6,647 nucleotides of DNA from Adineta steineri (taxonomy: Eukaryota), in the NCBI GenBank assembly GCA_905250045.1, contig CAJNOG010000282.1:54509-61155 (forward strand), given 5' to 3'. The notes under the pieces were generated by a model. The model saw nothing but the letters and a program-made list of their open reading frames with translations. It had not been told where the DNA came from and did not search any database. Every line of letters starts with the position of its first letter. The stretch's first letter is position 1. Made by a program: the position numbers and the translations under genes. Shown piece after piece: positions 1 to 5,760 of this stretch.

Positions 1-23
1 TCTCTTTCTTCTTTTATACTTAC

Positions 24-110
24 ACTTCGAAATAACACAACTGTATCATCTTCTTGCACACGCACATGCCAATATATTTTTTCATACTTCTTTCCTTTCA
101 CAAGCTGCAT
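24..110 (-). CDS. Candidate coding exon of an unidentified minus-strand gene (partial; the gene would continue beyond the left edge)
   Basis: Own reverse-strand translation. The ATG at 110-108 is preceded by an in-frame TGA at 113-111. The peptide is MQLVKGKKYEKIYWHVRVQEDDTVVLFRS. It ends at AGT|GTAAGT with the GT at 23-22, a perfect 5' splice-site consensus in phase 0. An AG at 106-105 means it could instead be an internal exon starting at 104. The frame also stays open to position 1, so read-through is not excluded. It is shorter than 60 aa and so is absent from the supplied ORF track. Confidence 0.3.
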
Positions 111-649
111 TCAGAGCATACATTTTATTATTTCTCCTGTTGCTTAACAATTATATTTAAAAACATCTTTGCTTTGTATGATAAATCAACGATTTCTAAT
201 AAATTTTGAATTCGAAAAAAAAAGTTTTTACCAATTAACCGTTTCTATATCAGAGTAGTAAAATTATACTGTATATAGATCTTACATACATCCATGCACG
301 CATTAACTTCTGTGATATGATATCTAAAATAATCAGTTTCGTATACAAAATTTTATTAACCCTCGATATCTTTGCGTCATTCATTGTACTGCAATAAATA
401 TTTTTTAATCATCCTAAGATTGGAATATATAATCTTTGGAGTTTTATCGTATGATACCAAATGCAATCGTTTACAAACCTTATTTTGTTTTACAGTTGAC
501 TCTTTCATAACAATCAGATATTTTGAATTTAGTCTCTTAGTATCAAAACTCACATAGTTAATTATTAGATTTCGATTGAAGGATTTTAGTAGTCACAATA
601 TGAAGATTTATACAAAGACAAAAAGTTTTATATTCTATATTATTTTGAA

Positions 650-907
650 TCAGTTTCCAAAGAGAAAACTAGATACTACTGTAGTATAGTCATACAGATG
701 CTTCTTATCTAAAGAAAGATATCGAAAGCATTGTGTAACATCAAAAAACACGGTTTGTTGTTGTCCATCTGCTGTCTCAATGGACACTCGATCGTAATAT
801 TTTCCATCTTCAGTGACCATTGCTTCTGATTTGCAAAATATATCCTGGATATTTACTATGTAACCATTTCTGCTGCATTTGTTTTGCAACAGATGGGTGT
901 GGGTGAT
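650..907 (-). CDS. Open frame (stop to stop) encoding a Tudor-like beta-barrel segment; probable exon or decayed domain of an unidentified gene
   Basis: The supplied ORF 650-889 starts at TTG, not ATG. The frame is actually open from 907, directly after a minus-strand ...TCTCACTTAG| acceptor-like AG at 909-908. The peptide IQDIFCKSEAMVTEDGKYYDRVSIETADGQQQTVFFDVTQCFRYLSLDKKHL follows, by eye, the spacing of the Tudor/SMN barrel core (C-x-A ... EDG-x-x-Y-x-[AR]-x-[IV] ... V-x-[FY] ... L). It is non-low-complexity and GC-richer than its flanks. The frame ends in TGA at 652-650, and no convincing donor lies upstream of that stop. Confidence 0.35.
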   Translation of the reverse strand: MTHTHLLQNKCSRNGYIVNIQDIFCKSEAMVTEDGKYYDRVSIETADGQQQTVFFDVTQCFRYLSLDKKHLYDYTTVVSSFLFGN

Positions 908-946
908 CTAAGTGAGATACAAGCTCACTTACACCCACACCTCATC
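892..946. repeat. Hairpin-capable imperfect palindrome built on GGGTGTGGGTG / CACCCACACC
   Basis: The left arm is 892-916, GATGGGTGTGGGTGATCTAAGTGAG. The loop is 917-923, ATACAAG. The right arm is 924-946, CTCACTTACACCCACACCTCATC. The reverse complement of the right arm is GATGAGGTGTGGGTGTAAGTGAG. This gives 22 paired positions with one 1-nt and one 3-nt bulge. Confidence 0.9.
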
Positions 947-966
947 AAGGGGAAAATGCGTACTTT

Positions 967-1102
967 AAAGCATAAAGTACCGTAAAGTATCAAAGTAGTT
1001 TAAAGTAGGTAGAAGTAGCTTAAAGTATATAGAAGTACCTCCAAGTATAGTGAAGTGTCTTAAAGTAAGTCAAAGTAAGGGAAAGTATTGTAAAGCATCG
1101 TG
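967..1102. repeat. Degenerate minisatellite, about 14 units of (A)AAGTAnnnn with 10-bp period and a 20-bp higher-order unit
   Basis: Read directly: aaagcat aaagtaccgt aaagtatc aaagtagttt aaagtaggtag aagtagctt aaagtatatag aagtacctcc aagtatagtg aagtgtctt aaagtaagtc aaagtaaggg aaagtattgt aaagcatcgtg. Positions 1001-1100 form five 20-bp units in exact register. For example, 1001-1020 taaagtaggtagaagtagct versus 1021-1040 taaagtatatagaagtacct match at 17 of 20 positions. Confidence 0.85.
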
Positions 1103-1230
1103 AGAGATCTGAAAATGAGCGAAACAAAATTAAATTACCTTGAGAAAATATGAACGATTGCTTTATCTGTTTAGAAAAACGAAAAAAATCAATATCTAAA
1201 GACAAAAAACGGAAGTAATAGGTTTATTAA

Positions 1231-1434
1231 CCCTTCGTTGCTGTCGTGGGGTCCAAGCGGACCCACCACCTGTCTATATCTTCTAACAAGACTGCAGCTA
1301 CTGTTTCGGTTTACTATTTTTGACTAGTGCATACTATGCCCAACCCCTAGAGAAAGACTGGATTTTCTCTCTGTTATGTTCAAGTAATTATAAGACTACA
1401 ACTGAAAGCTCAAAATGAGGACAGCTACGAAGGG
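1231..1434. mobile_element. Non-autonomous piggyBac-superfamily element (MITE), 204 bp, flanked by a TTAA target-site duplication (1227-1230 and 1435-1438)
   Basis: The structure is TTAA|CCCTTCGTTGCTGTC...GACAGCTACGAAGGG|TTAA. The 15-bp terminal inverted repeats match at 14 of 15 positions, the termini are CCC...GGG, and direct TTAA copies lie on both sides. There is no ORF inside. An internal short stem-loop, GTGGGGTCC-AAGC-GGACCCAC, lies at about 1246-1267. Confidence 0.7.
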
Positions 1435-1860
1435 TTAATCAACATCCGCCATTTGCTTCATGACACGAGCTAAATGATCACTAGATAAGTTTGTTAAATT
1501 GTTCGTTAGCAGCCAACAGGCCGGCTGTTTGTGGAAATACTTAATGTTGTCATTTATTTTTATTTTGAGATATGACTACCTTAAAGCTGGATTAATATCG
1601 CCAACAAGCTTTATTCCATTAAAGTCGGATTTTGTTGAATTCAATAAGTCTTCCTCATCATTACCATTGTCATTTTGACCCTAGTTATCTATCAGTAGCA
1701 CCATCCTCATTAATTTGCAACCGATCAAGTTCGAAAGTAGGTTATTACGTCGGACTCCGTAATCCTTATTATCGAAGATGATATTAGATGACTTGCTTAA
1801 TTTTCCGTGATATTCTAGGGTCTCAAGCTTCTTATTTTTAAATTTCAACATTTCCTCATC
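1435..1860 (-). pseudogene. Decayed ORF (142 codons, two in-frame TAG), possibly the C-terminal part of a DNA-transposase (hAT-like tail); family assignment weak
   Basis: Own translation, single frame: DEEMLKFKNKKLETLEYHGKLSKSSNIIFDNKDYGVRRNNLLSNLIGCKLMRMVLLIDN*GQNDNGNDEEDLLNSTKSDFNGIKLVGDINPALR*SYLKIKINDNIKYFHKQPACWLLTNNLTNLSSDHLARVMKQMADVD*. The internal stops are at 1683-1681 and 1578-1576. The terminal TAA is at 1437-1435, inside the TTAA used by the MITE. Only two stops in about 140 codons of AT-rich DNA suggests a formerly coding frame. The tail ACWLLTNNLTNLSSDHLARVM loosely resembles the end of the hAT dimerisation domain (..FS.aG.i....R..L......L..). Confidence 0.35.
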
Positions 1861-2063
1861 TTATAAATCTCTGTTTTCATGGCCACCGCTTCTGAGCAGC
1901 GACTTGTGTATGCTTTACTCTTACATAATGGTATATTTATCTTTATTTCATATTTTACTTTTCAATAAATATTGTATCAAATATGTCTGTTGTCCAGCAG
2001 TTATCCCTCGGGACCATCAAGGTCAGTGGGTAAACGCCAAACATAAAACAAATATGTTTGCTA

Positions 2064-2315
2064 TCAATCGCACTGACAGACATGATCAGTACGACGAGCA
2101 CGAATAGCAATATAAGCACATGTTGCACCAGGATGACGATGCCAACGCTTCTGATCAGTTATTTCATCAGATTCGCCACTCATCCAATGCTCCATAGCAC
2201 CCTTTAAATCACCATCATAAGTCCAATCAGTGCATTTTCCACAACGAGGACAAGGATTGCCACCACAAGGGTGTTGTTTTGTTGTACCGGTTGTTTTTCT
2301 AATGCATGATCCCAT
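2064..2315 (-). CDS. Intact small ORF, 83 aa, Cys/His-rich hypothetical protein (putative metal-binding); no family recognised
   Basis: A true ATG lies at 2315-2313 and a TGA stop at 2066-2064. The peptide is MGSCIRKTTGTTKQHPCGGNPCPRCGKCTDWTYDGDLKGAMEHWMSGESDEITDQKRWHRHPGATCAYIAIRARRTDHVCQCD. It has 8 Cys, including C17-x4-C22-x2-C25-x2-C28, and 5 His. Trp residues sit at 31, 44 and 58. The ORF is clearly GC-richer than its flanks. Codon choice is coherent and T-ending (CGT x5, GGT, GAT, CAT, TGT, CCT, GCT). The ATG lies 2 nt after a splice-acceptor-like CTAG. An AATAAA occurs on the minus strand at 1948-1943, about 115 nt past the stop. Confidence 0.5.
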   Translation of the reverse strand: MGSCIRKTTGTTKQHPCGGNPCPRCGKCTDWTYDGDLKGAMEHWMSGESDEITDQKRWHRHPGATCAYIAIRARRTDHVCQCD

Positions 2316-2317
2316 TT

Positions 2318-2363
2318 CTAGATAGAAGTATTCAATTTTTAGAGTTCGTTCTAGTGAACTTAC
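2318..2363 (-). other. Candidate 46-nt intron immediately upstream of the small ORF's ATG (5' UTR intron)
   Basis: The minus strand reads ...ACATCA|GTAAGTTCACTAGAACGAACTCTAAAAATTGAATACTTCTATCTAG|AAATGGGA. The donor is a consensus GTAAGT with GT at 2363-2362. The acceptor is pyrimidine-rich, ending in AG at 2319-2318. Support is signal-based only. Confidence 0.3.
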
Positions 2364-2743
2364 TGATGTATCTGTTATGGAAGATGTGTTTGTGACAAGA
2401 AATTAAATATCATAGTATTATCATATTAAAAAAGTGTCTGGGAAAATATTTTGTCATCGTTATATTCCTGCTGATCACTTATTGTCTGCAGAATCTTAAC
2501 TGTACTATCAAAATAAAACTTGTTCTTAAATCTTTATTGTAATCCAAAAAGTCTGATTAACGTTGTTAAGTAGCTATATTTTCATACTTATCTGAAAGGA
2601 CACTAAAGAAAAGACGTGGGAGATAGATGATCTAATTATATTGAATAATCTTGGTGAAGCATAAGAGTGAGTCACTATTGAAAATATTTCTTTTTTGCAG
2701 ATAAATACTTATAAGACATTGTACGCTACCGTTAAGATAATAG

Positions 2744-3191
2744 CTAAACATGTAAACCCTTCATATAATCACCGTTAATTATCACATTGATTGCACTTTT
2801 CAATTCCTTGGGTAATAACTCGTCAAAAGCTTCCTCAGTGTTTAGAAGTTGCAAATAAGGAGCGAGAGAAGATAATGATTGAAAACGTTTTCGTGAAAGC
2901 ATAAAGAAGATGATCGACAAATTCTAATATTAAGTTGTCTATAAAAATCATATGGATGCCGGTTCTACCTGAAACTATGAAGTATCTCGAGAAAATTCAT
3001 GCAGTTAGAAGACATCCATTACGGTTTAGCTGAATTTCGATCCGAGTCTGAAGCCACGTGATGGAATGCTTTAAACAGTCATATTTAAATACCTTATGCG
3101 CGTACTTCGTAGTTGTAAGCAGAACGCCCTGCTCACAACTACTAAGTTCTGCTCGAAAAATCATCGAAATTCTGGTCTCTCCCAGCAAGCA
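2744..3191 (-). pseudogene. Reverse-transcriptase-like pseudogene, a remnant of a non-LTR (LINE-type) retrotransposon
   Basis: Own translation. One frame (3191 to 2835) reads CLLGETRISMIFRAELSSCEQGVLLTTTKYAHKVFKYDCLKHSITWLQTRIEIQLNRNGCLLTA*IFSRYFIVSGRTGIHMIFIDNLILEFVDHLLYAFTKTFSIIIFSRSLFATSKH*. Its single internal stop is the TGA at 2999-2997. A +1-shifted frame (2902 to 2744) reads MLSRKRFQSLSSLAPYLQLLNTEEAFDELLPKELKSAINVIINGDYMKGLHV*. The motif order is collinear with canonical RT blocks:
- G.TR / overlapping-frame AGRDQ (cf. GR.T.DQ);
- YAHKVF (cf. D..KAFD);
- ITWLQTRIEIQLNRNG (cf. W[IL]...L..R...V..NG);
- SGRTG..MIF (cf. G..QG..LSP.LF);
- LEFVDH (degenerate [FY]ADD box);
- LQLL...INV.
Several blocks are shortened relative to intact RTs. 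Confidence 0.45.
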
Positions 3192-3790
3192 TTATTAGAA
3201 GATCAGAAGATAAGCAAAACGTTCCACATAAAAAAATGTTCAAGTAGAACAAAATGAATATTTTCTCGTTCATATATTCAGGCGAACTTAAAAATTAACT
3301 TTTAACAAAATTTTAAAAGTTATTTGGTTGCAGTTTGATGCAACTTAATTCGAGAGAAAAAGAGTTTCAAAATGGTTTTAACTCTCGAAATTACTTTTAG
3401 ATTTCGTATGGTACCTACTTTTTTAGTATAATCTACGGTTTTATTTTGTAAGAGTGTCGATGTGCGAATGCCTTCGAATAACTTGCAAATATTTCTTCTA
3501 CAGAATGTCGATTATTATTGTAGAGAGAAAAATGAAAAATACTTTTTTCTTAAATGTATTTGTCGTTATGTACATAATTACAAAAATAGAACGAAACAGT
3601 ACGCATTGAAATGTTTTTTTTCAGTCAGCGTATGTCGACATTTTTATATATTGATTCTATGATTACAGAAGAGAACAGAAAAAAATCTTAAATCTCCATT
3701 AAAAGACACTAGTTGTTTTGCTTATTTAACTACAGTAAGAAGGTCATAGAAAGTGAGCCAAACATGCTACCCAAAGAAATGTGGTTCACG

Positions 3791-3866
3791 GTGGGTGTGG
3801 GTGTTGGATGACTGAGGGTGTGAGCGTATGTGTCTCTTCGCTTAAACCATGCCCACACCCACACCC
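3791..3866. repeat. Second GGGTGTGGGTG / CACCCACACCC inverted repeat (stem about 18 bp, loop about 37 nt)
   Basis: GGGTGTGGGTG at 3793-3803 pairs perfectly with CACCCACACCC at 3856-3866. Pairing extends imperfectly inward (TTGGATG 3804-3810 versus CCATGCCCA 3847-3855). The loop holds a further partial copy, GGGTGTG, at 3816-3822. The right arm is (CCCACA)2CCC at 3852-3866. Confidence 0.85.
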
Positions 3867-3973
3867 TAACAGCCCTTTTTTTGAAATACGTCTTCTTGAT
3901 TAGAGCGCTATTTCTTTTAGAGTTTTTTTACTGACCGAACTTGTCAGGGACCTTTTCTTATTAAAAGATAAGA

Positions 3974-4159
3974 TTAAAAACGGATCCTCATAAGCACTGT
4001 ATCCTGACTTGCACTTTCAAGCAAAAAAAAATGTTCGACTTTATATCGTATCGTAGTTGTCTTAAATATCAACTCGTTTAGACGTTCATGACGGAAGATC
4101 GATTTTGAGAGGGTCCTCTCAAGAGTTTTCTGAATAATTGAACGGTTGAATATTCGCAT
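3974..4159 (-). pseudogene. Weak RT-like fragment (N-terminal RT blocks?), possibly a second decayed LINE piece
   Basis: The ORF starts at ATG and reads MRIFNRSIIQKTLERTLSKSIFRHERLNELIFKTTTIRYKVEHFFLLESASQDTVLMRIRF. By eye, SIIQKTLERTLSKSIF..H..LNELI resembles the [S]L....K.LE+.L..R+...l....l. block that precedes Q.GFR in non-LTR RTs. A possible KAFD-like string, IFASYSKAFAHRHSY, lies further downstream on the minus strand at about 3454-3492. AT-rich translation easily mimics such patterns. Confidence 0.2.
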
Positions 4160-5222
4160 TGAAGTTTTTAGTGTTACATGTATGTCGCGCTTCTATCAGG
4201 TAGACATTTTTCACATTAGAAAAATACTTTATTCACTTAAAAACTTTTACAAACAATAATCACTAGTTATACACTGATTATTTCATTGTACTATTAATAA
4301 AATTAAAAGAAAACGAATAAGTACAAGCTTACAATTAAGAATGAAAATGAAAATAGAGCATAGAGTTACATAAATCTAAGAGAAAAAACAGCACTATAAT
4401 CAATTGTAGCATTGTACTTTTTCAAGTTGAGTTTATAATCTGTAACTCAAGAATGAAATGTCAAACAATCTAGAGTTCTCAGGCTAACCAGTAGTATATG
4501 TGAGCTTGTACTGCAAAAAATTTCAAATATGTACGATGTGTTTGAGTTCGTCATAAGATTTTTAGTTGTTACGCAATTTCACTGAGAAAAGCAGGAAAAT
4601 GTTCTCTAGTCAAATCCTTTTAGGCTTTTTACGATCCTCACGTCCTGTATCCAACGATAGACGAATGAAGCTAATCGAAGTTGCATACATTTGAGAGTTT
4701 TCTTGTGAGCTAACTTACTTGTACACAATGGAAACAACACAACAGGCGGTATATTGTGAAGAAATGAATTTAATAACACTCAGAAAGAGGCAGCTCACTA
4801 GATTTTTCAGTAAAAAAAAGAGAAAATAAAAATTAGAGCACAGGCTGCCAGAAAATAACAGGAAAAGAACAGAAAAAGTTTATGATTCTCATCGTTTATA
4901 TAGAGATTTTCTAAGATGAATGGCATAGACTAAAGATGCAAGGCAATAAAAAATATTTTTTTGTTCTTTCTGTCGGCCTAGAAACGCTCAACATTTTTTT
5001 TCCATTGTTCCATTCTGTGAAAAAAGGTGACGACATATTCAAAAAAAAACGAGAAATATTAAATGCAGCCATTTTTGTGCTCATTTACTATCGTGACAGT
5101 TTGTTTTCCATTAATTTCACTCGACTAGAATGTTTCTTTTCTTGTGACTCAATAATGATTATAGTAATTTCATATAATTTTTTCCTTTTAGTCGTAATAC
5201 AGCTAACCTTTTTATTAGTAGC

Positions 5223-5235
5223 GTGTGGGTGTGGG
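5223..5235 (+). repeat. Solo copy of the GT-rich hexamer motif, GTGTGGGTGTGGG
   Basis: This is a direct read. It is the same (GGGTGT)n core as at 895-905 and 3793-3803, and as the complement at 932-941 and 3852-3866. No nearby inverted partner was found. Confidence 0.8.
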
Positions 5236-5760
5236 TTAAGGTTCCGAATGGTAAGTGTACACAGCAGAACAAAAACAGGTGAAACACTTGCGACTTTTGA
5301 AATACACGCTGTTTGACACGTTGCTAGCGAAAACAAAATGTACACAATACACTCTGCGAATAAAATTAACACTTTGTTTTTTTAAGCCATAAATTGATTT
5401 CTTTTCTGTTTAAATTTAAATGGATTAATTTTGATGAGAGTTGTTCAAGATGGCTGTGCAATTATTATAGAATTAAACTTAGTATAAAAGTTGATTCAAT
5501 ATGGTTTTGTGATGATCATATAGACATGCATCATTAAGAAAAAGAAAACGAAAATTTTGATTGATTCATTACTAATGTTAATATGTTATTTTTTTTCTCG
5601 AAATATTTTTTTTAAGTTATTCCCATTCATGTTAGATTACATAATGGTGTGCGTATTAATTGTGCATTTACTATTATTCAGTATGCATTTGTGTTACATT
5701 CTTCATTAGCAAAAAATATGAACACTTTCTATATTTCAAAATTATAATTAAATTCAATTT

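Noticed and set aside
356-380. TTAACCCTCGATATCTTTGCGTCA, which looks like another piggyBac left end (TTAA + CCC, with a TGCGT nearby as in the T. ni piggyBac terminus).
   Set aside because: No matching inverted end exists. The only other GGGTTAA in the window (5233-5239) belongs to the GT-motif island and shares nothing beyond CCC. Pairing it with the MITE's right end fails after 6 nt.
892-946. The palindromes (also 3791-3866) considered as Helitron 3' hairpins.
   Set aside because: Helitron ends need a CTRR terminus about 10-12 nt after the hairpin and an A|T insertion site. Neither palindrome has that geometry. CTAA directly abuts the second one, with a C following.
967-1102. The regularly spaced repeat array considered as a CRISPR-like array.
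   Set aside because: The period is only about 10 bp with 4-5-nt 'spacers', the repeat is not palindromic, no cas genes are present, and the context is eukaryotic.
1139-1166. A minus-strand 28-nt mini-exon with a strong acceptor (TTTTTCGTTTTTCTAAACAG|) and donor (CAAG|GTAATT).
   Set aside because: No coding continuity or partner exons can be shown. Such signal pairs arise readily in AT/T-rich DNA. It remains only a possibility (a UTR exon).
1020-1205. Supplied ORF 1020-1205 (-, 61 aa).
   Set aside because: It starts at TTG, and most of it is the translation of the 10-bp minisatellite, so its periodic peptide is a repeat artefact.
1345-1358. CCCTAGAGAAAGAC inside the MITE, which resembles the canonical piggyBac TIR CCCTAGAAAGATA.
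   Set aside because: It is not preceded by TTAA, has no inverted partner, and needs a 2-nt indel to align. It could be a sub-terminal relic but is not supportable from this window.
2667-2700. A plus-strand 34-nt intron-like unit, GTGAGT...TTTTTTGCAG.
   Set aside because: The signals are excellent, but all three frames of the would-be upstream exon contain stops within a few codons of the donor. The region also lies beside RT debris on the other strand, so this is probably chance.
3852-3869. A telomere-like reading: (CCCACA)n followed by CCCTAA.
   Set aside because: There is only one CCCTAA unit and 2-2.5 hexamer units. The location is interstitial, with an inverted partner 50 bp away. This does not behave like a telomeric tract.
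4719-4900. A minus-strand TATA-like CTATATAAA (4903-4895), a hydrophobic open frame LKNLVSCLFLSVIKFISSQYTACCVVSIVY and a CAA|GTAAGT donor (GT at 4718-4717), considered as a promoter plus signal-peptide first exon.
   Set aside because: The ATG nearest the TATA is too close to it to be transcribed, and it is followed by a stop after 19 codons. The open frame has no start codon. The support is not sufficient.
4936-5372. Largest supplied ORFs: 4936-5316 (+, 126 aa) and the overlapping 5088-5372 (-, 94 aa).
   Set aside because: Both are F/I/L/K/N-rich, as expected from translating AT-rich non-coding DNA. They overlap each other on opposite strands. The minus one starts at GTG. Neither has a recognisable domain. 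The only GC-rich part is the GT-motif island.
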